A stretch of DNA of 62,320 bases, counting the filler. It is 4 parts of 4 records of this genome, joined end to end, with 100 filler letters (N's around TTAATTAATTAA, not from the genome) between each part and the next. Parts side by side here need not be neighbours in the genome. Positions count along the whole stretch, not along the records: positions 37,965 to 51,531 come from DRR723986_11660; positions 51,632 to 62,320 come from DRR723986_11685; 2 more parts are not named here. One strand, 5' to 3'. Of this stretch, positions 49,870-59,911 are shown one piece after another. The first letter of the stretch is position 1, and each line of letters starts with the position of its first letter. Position numbers and translations under genes: made by a program. Under the pieces are notes generated by a model, which was given only the letters and a program-made list of their open reading frames with translations, was not told the origin of the DNA and ran no database searches.

Positions 49870-50748
49870 ATGCAAATGCCAGCACAAAACACGCGCTATT
49901 TGGGGCTGATTACTGACACCCTGCGTTGGACCAATTTCCAGCATAGGCCGGATGATATTTTCATTTGCACACCGCCCAAGTGCGGCACAACATGGACGCA
50001 GGCCATTTGCTCTATGCTGGTGTTCGGCAAAGCAGACCACGGCCAGCAAACCAGCGACATTTCGCCGTGGGTTGACGCGGCCTTCGCGCCCATAGAAGAC
50101 GTGCTGGACCAGATCAAAGACCTGCCGCACCGCCGGTTTATCAAAACCCATTCACCGCTAGACGCTATTCCCTACCACAGCGAATGCACCTATTTGGTGG
50201 TTATGCGTGACCCGCGCGATGCCTATTGTTCAGGCCTTAACCACCGCGACAATATGAATGACAAAGACCTTGCCCACTCGGTTTTTCCATCCGGTGATGA
50301 TGCTTTCGAGACGTGGCTAGACCGAGACATGAAATATGAAGCATGGGACGTTCAATCCATTTCTAGTTTCGTGCATTTCTTCAATAGCTACTGGCCCTAC
50401 CGCAATCTACCGAATGTGCATCTGTATCATTATGCCGACATGAAGCGTGACTTGCGTAGTGCCATTAAGTCAATGGCAGCCGCCACCGGCACCCCTGTGA
50501 CGGACGCACAGCTTGATGCCTTCACCGAGGCCGCCACCTTCAGCAACATGAAGAAAAAAGCTGAAAAATTCGCCCCGGAATCAGGCACCGGGATGTGGAA
50601 ATCAGAGAATAACTTCTTCTCCAAAGGCGTAAGCCAGCAATGGAAAAAGCTGCTGAGCGAAGACCAGATCAAGGCTTTCGATGCCAAGTTCGCAACCCTG
50701 CTGCAGGGCGAAGAGGCAGATTGGCTTTTGAACGGGACTGCGGTTTAA
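49870..50748 (+). CDS. Sulfotransferase (Sulfotransfer_1 family)
   Basis: TPPKCGTTW, IKTH, RDPRDAYCS and YADMK motifs. Confidence 0.92.
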   Translation: MQMPAQNTRYLGLITDTLRWTNFQHRPDDIFICTPPKCGTTWTQAICSMLVFGKADHGQQTSDISPWVDAAFAPIEDVLDQIKDLPHRRFIKTHSPLDAIPYHSECTYLVVMRDPRDAYCSGLNHRDNMNDKDLAHSVFPSGDDAFETWLDRDMKYEAWDVQSISSFVHFFNSYWPYRNLPNVHLYHYADMKRDLRSAIKSMAAATGTPVTDAQLDAFTEAATFSNMKKKAEKFAPESGTGMWKSENNFFSKGVSQQWKKLLSEDQIKAFDAKFATLLQGEEADWLLNGTAV

Positions 50749-50789
50749 CCAGAATTATATGCGGGTCACCTCCACCACGCGGCGGATAA

Positions 50790-51530
50790 TCATTGGGTGC
50801 GCTCCAGTTCAGCGTCTATCGCGGCAATAGCTACTGCAAAAGTTTTGGATTGCGCCACATAATTTCGATGCGCGAAGGCATTTTGCCCTATCCAGCCATT
50901 CAGGTTGCTCTGTAGGCCAGGCAAGCGCCTAAGCGTTTCTATAATAGGTGCAGCGTTAATAGTATCTAACTTAGGCACGCAATCCTGTATGAGAGTTTCA
51001 AACTCGCTACTGACGGTAACATGACAATGCAGCCACAACAGGTCGATGGCGGCTACTGGAATTGCGTTGCGAGCCTGCCGTCTGTATTCAGGCAGGTTTT
51101 CAATCGACACGCTAAGCCCCTCAAACACGCCGTAAAAACCATTAACTGCTTTTTTAACCGGGCTTGAGCGCGGCAACCCAAGGCGTTTCATCTCTGTGTA
51201 AACAGAGGTGTGGCTGCTTATGCCCCATAATTGTGTTGCGTGAAAAAAGTCCACGAGAAGCTGGGTGCAATTATCCTTGCATGGTCGATCTTTTTGCAAG
51301 AAAGCTAAGGCCCGATTGCCCGCAGTAACAACATCGGCCGTATATTGTGTTCGGATTTTGATTTGCGTCTCGTTTGCTAAAATCTCGTCGCGCAATTGCA
51401 CGAGGTAATCACGCTCCATCGCATCAAACTTGCGGCCTTCATTCCAATTATCGAACTGAAGCGCGACCAAAACACCAGCCACAACCAGCGCAAATTCAAT
51501 GATAACCGTGAACCAGTTTTGCGTGCGGAT
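50790..51530 (-). CDS. Hypothetical membrane-anchored helical protein (5' truncated)
   Basis: QNWFTVIIEFALVVAGVLVALQFDNWNE anchor followed by a coiled coil; the frame is open to the gap. Confidence 0.75.
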   Translation of the reverse strand: MRTQNWFTVIIEFALVVAGVLVALQFDNWNEGRKFDAMERDYLVQLRDEILANETQIKIRTQYTADVVTAGNRALAFLQKDRPCKDNCTQLLVDFFHATQLWGISSHTSVYTEMKRLGLPRSSPVKKAVNGFYGVFEGLSVSIENLPEYRRQARNAIPVAAIDLLWLHCHVTVSSEFETLIQDCVPKLDTINAAPIIETLRRLPGLQSNLNGWIGQNAFAHRNYVAQSKTFAVAIAAIDAELERTQ

Positions 51531-51531
51531 C

Positions 51532-51631
51532 NNNNNNNNNNNNNNNNNNNNNNNNNNNNNNNNNNNNNNNNNNNNTTAATTAATTAANNNNNNNNNNNNN
51601 NNNNNNNNNNNNNNNNNNNNNNNNNNNNNNN
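51532..51631. other. Artificial contig linker
   Basis: N44-TTAATTAATTAA-N44. Confidence 0.99.
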
Positions 51632-52942
51632 CGGCAGTTCGATACCGATGGCGTTCTTGCCTGGCACAACCGCGACGCGGGCAGACTTCGCGCTCATCGA
51701 GCGGGCGATGTCGTCTGCCAGAGAAATGACGCGGGACGATTTCACGCCCGGCGCGGGTTCCATTTCGAACAGGGTGATCACCGGGCCCGGGCGCACTTCC
51801 TTGACGCGTCCGCGAACGCCAAATTCCTTCAGAACGTCCGACAGCTTGGCAGCCTTGGCGAGCAACGCTTCCTCATCGATCGAGTCGGCGCGTTCGACCG
51901 TCTGTTCCAGGAGATCGATCGACGGCAGGCGGCCGGCCTTGCGGCGGCGTTCGACCGGCTTGGAGACGCGCGGCGCTGCAGATTGCGGTTTCGCCTTGGG
52001 CTTCGGCAGGGTGAAGAGCGGCTTGCGCTCCTGCTCTTCATCCTCGTCGTCTTCATAATCGTCGGCTTCGTCGTCGATCTCGTCTTCGTAGTCGTCGTAA
52101 TCGTCTTCGGCGTCGTCGAGGTATTCCTCTTCGTCATCAAAGTCGTCGTCTTCTTCGATCTCGATGACTTTCTTGCCGCGCTTGCGCAGGAAACCGGGCG
52201 TTTCATCATCATCGGTCAGCACGACGCGGGCGCGGTCTTCGCGGGCGCCGACCATCTCGTCTTCGACCTCGATCTTGCGCTTCGGTGCGAGGGCACGTGC
52301 GATGGCGAGGAGCAAGCCGCCGACCCCGCTGGCCTGACGGGCGGCACGGGCACCTGACGATGCCGCCGCGTGCTTCAGAAGGCGGGCGTCACCGCGGCGA
52401 AAGCCGAGCGCCGACAGACCAGCCCACAGGGCGAGCGTGCCAAGGAAAAAGGCGGCCCAGCTTTCAGGAGACGGCAGCATCAGCGCACGGAAAGGCATGG
52501 CCGCGAAATGGAACAGGCCATCGCCGACCACGCCACCAAGCCCGGCGCTTAGCGGCCAGGACTGCGGCACCGGCCAGGCAGCGAAGAAGGCTGCCGAAAA
52601 CGGTACAAACAGGAAGCCCTTCACCCAGCGATGCACGCGCGGCGCACCAATCAGCACGGTGCGCATGGCCCCGCCGATCATCAGCGCGAGCCCAGCGGTC
52701 CATGCCGACCAGCCGAGTGTCTGGCGGGCAAGGTCTGCGAACACGGCACCTGAGCGTCCGAACAGGTTCTGCACGTCAGAATCGGTTGCGGCATTCCAGG
52801 ACGGGTCTGTCGCAACATAAGAGCCGACACTGCCACAGATGAAAACGCCGATCGCAAATGCGGCAGCACCCGTCAGGATGCGCCAGACAGGATCGCTAAC
52901 GCTGAAATGGGTTGCGTCATCATCATAAGCATAGTCGGTCAT
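51632..52942 (-). CDS. ftsK: DNA translocase FtsK, N-terminal part (3' truncated)
   Basis: 4TM domain (DPSWN...NLFGRSGAVFAD), linker and alpha domain PGPVITLFEMEPAPGVKSSRVISLADDIARSM...IGIELP. Confidence 0.95.
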
Positions 52943-53215
52943 GAAGGGGGACGGCTCCGTGTTGTCGGTGGAGCGATCAATCTGGCCCATCAACCTTAAC
53001 TCTGGGCAAATGCCCGGAAGTCTTTTTCAGCGGCGAATTAACGATTTCGGAGGGGCTTTTCCGGGCTCAGGTCCGGCGTTATCCGGCTCACGCCGGTACA
53101 TGCCCCTGCCCCGTCCCAGGATGGCGCCGGTGCATATAATTCCCGTAATCACGGAACATCCGGCCCGGTGCTCGATTGATTCAGGACAATCAGGAAACCC
53201 GAAAGGAGACACGAT

Positions 53216-53650
53216 ATGAAACGCGCCCAGATCACGCCCGCAGCCTTTGTGCTGTTAACGGTTATGACTGCAAATGCACAGGAAATGAATGAAGATGCCT
53301 CTGCAGTTAACGCCTCCAAACCCGAAATCTTTGACGAAATCCCGGCTGACCTGGAAGGCATGTCCGTTCAGGACCTGAACGAGCTGCAGCGCGCCCGGCT
53401 GGAACAGAATGCCTTCGAGATTGCCGAATTGACGAACAAGGCCCCGGTGATCGTCGCCGATACGCCTGAACCGGAAGAGGATCTCGTCTTCACGGCCGAG
53501 CGCGAGGAAGTCATCGTCCCGCAGAATGGGCCTGCAGAAGTCGCCGTGGGCGGGCCCTATTATGAGAGCGAATCCGAAGCGATGCTGGATGAGGACCTGG
53601 ACACCCCTCAGGCCGCCACGCCGGAAGACGATGAAACACAGGAGAAGTAA
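53216..53650 (+). CDS. Secreted acidic hypothetical protein
   Basis: RBS AAAGGAGA, signal peptide ending ANA-QE, very Glu/Asp-rich, followed by a terminator. Confidence 0.75.
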   Translation: MKRAQITPAAFVLLTVMTANAQEMNEDASAVNASKPEIFDEIPADLEGMSVQDLNELQRARLEQNAFEIAELTNKAPVIVADTPEPEEDLVFTAEREEVIVPQNGPAEVAVGGPYYESESEAMLDEDLDTPQAATPEDDETQEK

Positions 53651-53671
53651 GTCCTCTTCCCTCCTGCAATG

Positions 53672-53704
53672 AAAAAACCCCCGGCAGATCCTGCCGGGGG
53701 TTTT
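53672..53704. terminator. Bidirectional rho-independent terminator
   Basis: AAAAAACCCCCGGCAG-atc-CTGCCGGGGGTTTT between convergent genes. Confidence 0.9.
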
Positions 53705-53724
53705 CGTTTCGGAGAGCCGCAACC

Positions 53725-55113
53725 TTAGGCGTTGGTGAAGTCCGGATAGGCTTCGAGACCAACTTCGGAAACGTCCATACCGGCCATTTCCTCTTCCTCG
53801 GTGGCGCGGATGCCGATCGTGAACTTCAGGGCAAGCCAGACGACCACGGAAGCAAACGAGACCCAGACACCCGTCAGGAGGATGCCAACCAGCTGACCGA
53901 AGTAGCTCGTCTGCAGTTCGCCTTCGATTTCCACCGGCATGATGTGGTTGCCATAGGAAGCCGCCACGATGAGCGTACCCCAGATGCCGCAAACCAGGTG
54001 AGCCGGGATGGCGCCGACAACGTCGTCGATCTTGAACTTGTCGAGCATCGGAACGCTGACCACGACCAGGACACCGCCGACGGCACCGATCAGGACAGAT
54101 GCGCCCATGGAAGGTGCCAGCGGCTCAGCCGTGATGGACACGAGGCCACCGATGGCGCCGTTGAAGACCATGGTTGCGTCGACCTTGCCTTTGTAGAGGA
54201 CCGCAGTCGTGATCGTTGCAGCCAGGACACCGCCGACCGCCGCCATGTTGGTGTTGGCGAAGATGGCAGCCACATCGTTGATGCTCTGGATGCCGCCAGC
54301 GGCGAGCTCAGACGCACCGTTGAAGCCGAACCAGCCGAACCACAGGATGAAGGTACCCAGACCTGCGAGCGGGATGTTGGAACCCGGCATCGGGTTGATC
54401 TGCTTACCGAAATACTTGCCAGTCCGCGGGCCGATGATGAGGGCCCCCATGAGTGCAGCCCAGCCGCCAACAGAGTGCACCAGCGTGGAGCCAGCAAAGT
54501 CAGAGAAGGCCCACTCGGAATCGAGGTAGCCGCCGCCCCACTCCCAGGAGACAACGATCGGGTAGATGAATGCGGTCAGGACAGCCGTGAAAGCGAGGAA
54601 GCCCCAAAGTTTAACACGCTCGGCAACCGTACCGGAGACGATCGAGGCAGCCGTTGCAACGAACACCATCTGGAAGAACCAGTCGGACGAAGCGGCATAA
54701 TCGCCGTGAGATTCGTCAAGCGGTGGAGGCGACCAGGGACCGGGCGTGGTGCCAACCAGGCCCATGATGCTTTCACCCGGATAAGCCATGTTGTAGCCGA
54801 CGAGCCAGAACATCAGGCCGGCAATGGAATAGAGCAGCACGTTCTTCATCGACTGCATGGCGGCGTTCTTCGAACGAACCAGGCCAACTTCAAGGCAGAG
54901 GAAGCCGGCTGCCATCAGCATGACAATGATGCCGCCGATCAGGAACAGGTAGGAGTTGTCGACATAGGAACTCGCGCTGGCGTTCACCGACTCTTCCAGT
55001 GCAGCCAGCCGCGCTTCCAGATCCGCGTCCTGTGCGTATGCGAGCGCCCCCGTGAACGCGACTACGGGTAGCAAGGCCACCCCGCGCGTCATTCTTTTCA
55101 GTAACTGGCCCAT
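53725..55113 (-). CDS. amtB: Ammonium transporter
   Basis: FFQMVF, DFAGSTLVH, LWFGWFGFNG and DDVVGAIPAH (twin His intact); ATG at 55113 after GGAGGGG. Confidence 0.95.
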   Translation of the reverse strand: MGQLLKRMTRGVALLPVVAFTGALAYAQDADLEARLAALEESVNASASSYVDNSYLFLIGGIIVMLMAAGFLCLEVGLVRSKNAAMQSMKNVLLYSIAGLMFWLVGYNMAYPGESIMGLVGTTPGPWSPPPLDESHGDYAASSDWFFQMVFVATAASIVSGTVAERVKLWGFLAFTAVLTAFIYPIVVSWEWGGGYLDSEWAFSDFAGSTLVHSVGGWAALMGALIIGPRTGKYFGKQINPMPGSNIPLAGLGTFILWFGWFGFNGASELAAGGIQSINDVAAIFANTNMAAVGGVLAATITTAVLYKGKVDATMVFNGAIGGLVSITAEPLAPSMGASVLIGAVGGVLVVVSVPMLDKFKIDDVVGAIPAHLVCGIWGTLIVAASYGNHIMPVEIEGELQTSYFGQLVGILLTGVWVSFASVVVWLALKFTIGIRATEEEEMAGMDVSEVGLEAYPDFTNA

Positions 55114-55325
55114 TCGGCCCCTCCATGTCGCAGGTTTCGGAGCTCGGGACCCCCCGCGCTCTCCCACTCCCGATATGATTTCGGGTGCCCAAGAAAGTCG
55201 CTTGGCGCCTCTGCTCTGGGGCCCATTCTCAAGACGAGTGGTCAAAACATGTGCAGCGTTGCGGCGAAACGCCCAATTCGTTACCACCGCTAGACGGGCG
55301 ATTAAGACAGGCGTAGCTAGTCACC

Positions 55326-56576
55326 ATGTCGAAACCATCCCTCGCCGCCAACGAACCTGTGGACCTCGTTATTGTCGGGGCCGGTCCTGTTGGCACCTCT
55401 CTGGCGGTTCTGGCCGTCCAGCGCGGCTTCTCAACAATCCTGATTGATGCGCGCGATCCTTCTGCTACGCCTGCAACGGATACACGTACATTTGCTATAG
55501 TTCGCGGCAGCTGGCGGATGCTGGGGGCCACCGGGGTTCACCCCCTGCTCGAAGGGACGACAGAGGCCCTGAACGGGCTGGAAGCCACCGATGGGGGCAG
55601 TCATGTCTTCGGCGCCCCCGGCGTGATCTTCGGAAATGAGGATCTTCCGGACGATGATGACGGCCAACCCCTAGGACAAATGGTCCCGTCAGCAGACCTT
55701 CAGAAGGCCCTGGACGAAGTTGCTGGTCAGATTGCAGGCACTGATCAGGGCCTCGTTATCCTTAACGGCGCCAGGTTCAAGGAGCTGGAAGACGGGCCCG
55801 GTCCGGCGACGGTTTTGCTGGAAGACGGCACCCGGATCCGCACCCGGCTGGTCGCCGCCTGCGACGGGGTGAATTCCTCGGTTCGCGATACCCTCGGCAT
55901 CGGGACTGAGGATCATGATTATGGCAAATCCGTCTTTGCCGCGAATGTGAAACTGGACCGCCCGCACAATGGCATCGCCCGCCAGCTTTTCATGCCGGAA
56001 GGCCCGTTTGCGACCCTGCCGATGCCGGATAACCGGGCCAATCTGGCCTGGTACATGAAGCGCGGCGCCGCCGAAGCGCTGGCAAAGATGCCGGTTGAGG
56101 ACATCGAGGCAGAGCTGAATGCCCGGTTCGAGGATTTCGCCGGCCATATGACAATCGACGGGCCTGTCATCTCCTATCCGCTGAAAATGCGCCTTGCCCG
56201 GGCAATGACCGGGCCGCGTGTGGCCCTGCTGGGCGATGCGGCGCACCGGATCAACCCGCTGGCCGGACAAGGCCTGAACCTCGGCTTCAAGGACGTCGCT
56301 GCCCTGATCGACATCATAGTCGAGTCGCGGGAGGTGGGCCTCGACCATGGAGCCGCGCCTGCCCTGGAACGCTACCAGCAATGGCGTCGCTTCGACATGA
56401 CGAGCGTGGCCCTGTTCATGGATGTAATCGACCGGGCCTTTTCAAACGACAATGCTGTGCTGAAGCCTCTGCGGGGTCTTGCCCTGACGGCGGCCAACAA
56501 GATCGGTCCGCTACGCCGGGCAATGGCGCGTCAGGCCAGCGCCGACCAGTCGCACCTGCCGAGCCTTATGCAGTAA
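55326..56576 (+). CDS. UbiH/UbiF/VisC/COQ6 family FAD-dependent hydroxylase
   Basis: GAGPVG, ACDG and GDAAHRINPLAGQGLNLG motifs. Confidence 0.93.
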   Translation: MSKPSLAANEPVDLVIVGAGPVGTSLAVLAVQRGFSTILIDARDPSATPATDTRTFAIVRGSWRMLGATGVHPLLEGTTEALNGLEATDGGSHVFGAPGVIFGNEDLPDDDDGQPLGQMVPSADLQKALDEVAGQIAGTDQGLVILNGARFKELEDGPGPATVLLEDGTRIRTRLVAACDGVNSSVRDTLGIGTEDHDYGKSVFAANVKLDRPHNGIARQLFMPEGPFATLPMPDNRANLAWYMKRGAAEALAKMPVEDIEAELNARFEDFAGHMTIDGPVISYPLKMRLARAMTGPRVALLGDAAHRINPLAGQGLNLGFKDVAALIDIIVESREVGLDHGAAPALERYQQWRRFDMTSVALFMDVIDRAFSNDNAVLKPLRGLALTAANKIGPLRRAMARQASADQSHLPSLMQ

Positions 56577-56886
56577 CGGCCTCGTCGCCGACGGTGAGTT
56601 TTCGGATCAGATCCCAGTTATAGAGCCCGCTGTCGTGTCCGTCCGAGAAGACGATGCGGAGCGCATAACGGCCGACCGGGTCGGCGCGAAGCACACTGAT
56701 ATCGTCCGGCACCGGCGCCTGCGGCGGAGGCGGACCGCCGCCATGGCCGCGCACAGCCGCTGACGGAGACTGTTCTCTCAGCCGCTTGTAGCGAACCGAA
56801 CCGGACTTGCCGTCATCGAATTCGGCATAGAGCGCGCCATCCGATTTGCGGAAGACGAGCTTCACGGGCCAGGCCATAGCGCTCAT
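56566..56886 (-). CDS. DUF971 / GBBH-like N-terminal domain protein
   Basis: [14 protein letters not shown]...[20 protein letters not shown]. Confidence 0.9.
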   Translation of the reverse strand: MSAMAWPVKLVFRKSDGALYAEFDDGKSGSVRYKRLREQSPSAAVRGHGGGPPPPQAPVPDDISVLRADPVGRYALRIVFSDGHDSGLYNWDLIRKLTVGDEAVTA

Positions 56887-57107
56887 GCCCCGCCCTCTTC
56901 CATGTCGAGGTCGCGCGCTTCTTCCGGCAGCATGATCGGGATACCGCCCCGGATCGGATAAGCCAGCCGCGCCTTGGGCGAGACCAGTTCATCGGTTTCC
57001 GCATTGTAGCGAAGCGGCTGGCGCGTCTGCGGGCAAATGAGGATTTCAAGAAGACGCGGATCGACGCCCGAATGGGGCCGGCGCGTGCTGGAAGTGTCGT
57101 CAGTCAT
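56883..57107 (-). CDS. Trm112 family protein (YcaR-like)
   Basis: LLEILICP...[18 protein letters not shown]. Confidence 0.93.
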   Translation of the reverse strand: MTDDTSSTRRPHSGVDPRLLEILICPQTRQPLRYNAETDELVSPKARLAYPIRGGIPIMLPEEARDLDMEEGGA

Positions 57108-57114
57108 GGGCGTC

Positions 57115-57765
57115 CTATTGCAGGGTTCCGTCATCCGGACCAGCGGAATCCATCGTCAGGATTGTGACCAGCATGTCGGCCCGGTCTTTAAGCGTGGGGG
57201 ATTCCAGCAGGGCCTGTTTCTCCATTACCGAAAAGGGGCTGCCAGCGGCCAGTGCCTGAACCAGCGCATCGACCGGAGCCACTTCAACCGCATCCCAATC
57301 CGCCTTCATGTCGTGACGGCTGACATATTTGCGAAGCGCGGCGACCAGATCCTCGCGCGACGGCAGACCGACGACTGAATCGGGTTTCAGATCGTTCGCA
57401 TAAGGCGCCCAGTTCGGACGCACCTGACGGTAGGGCGTCATCACATCCAGCTCCTCCAGCACGCGAAAGCGGGCAATGCCAGCCAGGGTGATCAGGTAAC
57501 GGCCATCATCCGTTTCGGAATAAGACGTGATGCGCCCGGCACAGCCAACGCCAATCAGGTCCGGCTTCTGGCGGTCACCGCCAACGCTCTGGATCATGCC
57601 GATCAGGCGGTTCCCGGCCATCGCATCGTCGACCATGTTCAGATAGCGCGGCTCGAAGATGTTGAGCGGCAGATGCCATTGGGGAAACAGCACGACACCC
57701 GGCAGCGGGAACACGGTCAATGTGTCCGGCAACTGATCCACCGAGTGATAGGTTGTGCTGCTCAT
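57115..57765 (-). CDS. LON peptidase substrate-binding domain protein
   Basis: [27 protein letters not shown] and EKQALLE; no protease domain. Confidence 0.92.
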   Translation of the reverse strand: MSSTTYHSVDQLPDTLTVFPLPGVVLFPQWHLPLNIFEPRYLNMVDDAMAGNRLIGMIQSVGGDRQKPDLIGVGCAGRITSYSETDDGRYLITLAGIARFRVLEELDVMTPYRQVRPNWAPYANDLKPDSVVGLPSREDLVAALRKYVSRHDMKADWDAVEVAPVDALVQALAAGSPFSVMEKQALLESPTLKDRADMLVTILTMDSAGPDDGTLQ

Positions 57766-57824
57766 TCTGCCTCCGGAGCGCCGTTGCCCCCTCGCATCAT
57801 GGCATTATGCGGGAGGTGGCTGCC

Positions 57825-58712
57825 TCAGGCAAACATAAGGGATGCGAGACGGCGGCGTCCGTCGACTGTTGCCGGATCGGTCGGGCCCGCCGCTTCGAAG
57901 ATCTGAAGCAGCTTTTCCTTCGCCTTGCCTTCTTCCCAGTCCATCTTGGACCCGAGAATGATAAGCAGGTGATCGACCGCATCGCCATAGCGCTGGGCCG
58001 CTGCGTATTTCTCGGCCAATTCGAACCGCTTGGCGTGATCTTCCGGCGCCGCCATGACGGCGTTCAGCAATTCGTCGAATTCATCGGCAGCCGGAGCGTC
58101 TTCCATCATGTCGATGGCCATGCGCACACCTTTGACGGCGGTATCGTGCTTCTGGTCTTCCGGCACCATGTCAAGCGTTTCGGCGGCGCGCTCCTTGTCA
58201 CCATTGGCGAGGTAGCAACGCGCAAGGCCCGCAATCGCGGCGACATTCTGCGGGTCGTGCTGAATGATTGCGGCGTAGATCTGCGCAGCGGTGGCGATAT
58301 CGCCGGCCTGGCTGGCAGCTTCTGCCTGCGCGAGCGCATCTGCGATTTCCTTGGCGGAATCGGTCCCGGAGACGAGCTTTTCGATGAAGCTGCGCACCTG
58401 GCCCTCCGGCAGTGCGCCCATGAACGCATCGACCGGGCGGCCCTTGTCGAAGGCATAGACCGCCGGGATGGAGCGCACGCCGAGCTGGCCGGCATAGGCC
58501 GGGTTCTCGTCGATATTGATCTTCACCAGTTTCACCGCGCCATTATGGCTCTCGACCACTTTCTCGATCACCGGGCCGAGCTGGCGGCAGGGGCCGCACC
58601 AGGGCGCCCAGAAATCGACGATCACGGGCTGGGTGTTCGACGCCTCGACCACATCGGTCATGAACTCCTGGTCGGTGGTGTCTTTGGTGTGCAGGGCTGC
58701 GGCATCGGCCAT
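57825..58712 (-). CDS. cnoX: Thioredoxin-TPR chaperedoxin (CnoX/YbbN)
   Basis: WAPWCGPC thioredoxin domain, TPR helices and C-terminal RRRLASLMF. Confidence 0.9.
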   Translation of the reverse strand: MADAAALHTKDTTDQEFMTDVVEASNTQPVIVDFWAPWCGPCRQLGPVIEKVVESHNGAVKLVKINIDENPAYAGQLGVRSIPAVYAFDKGRPVDAFMGALPEGQVRSFIEKLVSGTDSAKEIADALAQAEAASQAGDIATAAQIYAAIIQHDPQNVAAIAGLARCYLANGDKERAAETLDMVPEDQKHDTAVKGVRMAIDMMEDAPAADEFDELLNAVMAAPEDHAKRFELAEKYAAAQRYGDAVDHLLIILGSKMDWEEGKAKEKLLQIFEAAGPTDPATVDGRRRLASLMFA

Positions 58713-58943
58713 GGCTAGTATTCCTTCAAACTCTGGCCGGAAGATGGGCGTTCAGGCCAGACTTCGCAAGCGGAACAACAGACACGCCTGCGTGTTCATC
58801 TGCGGTCAGGTCTTGCACTGCGCCTGCCCTGAAGCTGAATGGCGGCCAACGAAAAGCGGCCAAAATACCTTTATCCCGCCCTGTTTAGGCAGGGTTCAGG
58901 CGATTAAGTGTAAGCGCAAGGTCACGAAAAGGAGACCCGTTCG

Positions 58944-59603
58944 ATGAAGACCAAACTCGCTGCCCTGGTTGCTGCTGCCGCCCTCGCCGGCACGCCCCTC
59001 GCGCTGGCGCGTCAGGCGACCCCCGAAACGGCCCCAACAAAGATCACCGCGGCGCCGGCCGGTATGACCGCTGCCCAGCGTACCGCCCTGCTGAAGGACA
59101 TCGCTGCCTCCATGAAAAAGTTGAAAACCGCCTCAGGCCGGTTCGACCAGCTCTCGCCGGACTTCACGACCAGCACGGGCAGCTTCGCCATTTCCCGTCC
59201 CGGCAAGGTGCGATTTGACTATGACGCCCCTTCCCCGCTTCTGATCGTCGCCAATGGCACGACGGTCGCAATGCAGGACTCCGAACTGGAGACGACCGAC
59301 CGCGTGCCGCTCGGCTCCACCCCGCTTGCCCTGCTGCTCGACGATAATCTCGATTTCGAGACCGATGCCGAGATTGTGGACGTCAGTGAAAGCGGCGATG
59401 AGACGGCGGTGACCCTTCGCGATCCGGATGGCGAAATGGACGGCACGCTGACCCTGTTGTTCAATGGTCCGGATCATGACCTGACCGGCTGGCGCACGAT
59501 CGACAGTGCAGGGAACCTGACTCAGGTCGACCTGCACGATGTGGTGACCGGAAAGAAACTCAATCCGCGCCTCTTCATCGTCAGGGATTTCGACGACGAG
59601 TAG
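58944..59603 (+). CDS. lolA: Outer-membrane lipoprotein carrier LolA family protein
   Basis: Signal peptide, then FDQ...G.F.ISRPGKVRFDY...LIVANG...TPL. Confidence 0.9.
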   Translation: MKTKLAALVAAAALAGTPLALARQATPETAPTKITAAPAGMTAAQRTALLKDIAASMKKLKTASGRFDQLSPDFTTSTGSFAISRPGKVRFDYDAPSPLLIVANGTTVAMQDSELETTDRVPLGSTPLALLLDDNLDFETDAEIVDVSESGDETAVTLRDPDGEMDGTLTLLFNGPDHDLTGWRTIDSAGNLTQVDLHDVVTGKKLNPRLFIVRDFDDE

Positions 59604-59741
59604 TGCAATAGCTGCAACAGATTCCGAAACCATGCGCTCCGGGAGCCCATGCTTCCAGGGCGCCCGTTCCCAAGAGTCACTCAAGCACTTAACACATATT
59701 TTACTTGAAATTTTCGCCCGTAGTGACATCTTTGCAACTGT

Positions 59742-59888
59742 CGACACACGGCAAACCCCGCGCAGCACCCGACCCCCCCCGCTGTGAACCACCGTGTTGT
59801 CGCAGCCGGAGCCTTCCCCTCCCGGCGAGACGTTGGAAACCGCGTCAGGCGCGCCCGAACTCCCCGCGTTCGGGCGCGTTGACGTTTC
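59742..59888 (+). ncRNA. Candidate small RNA with three hairpins and C-rich loops
   Basis: Promoter-like TTGAAA (59705)...CATCTT. Hairpins at 59742-59802 (loop ACCCGACCCCCCCC), 59805-59826 (loop CCTTCCC) and a long terminal stem at 59843-59884 followed by TTT. Confidence 0.5.
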
Positions 59889-59911
59889 AGGGAACAATGC
59901 TACGCAGCCGA

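Noticed and set aside
16337..51631. Three identical TTAATTAATTAA motifs inside N-runs
   Set aside because: These are artificial concatenation linkers. Genes are cut at each one and composition changes, so no synteny across them is meaningful.
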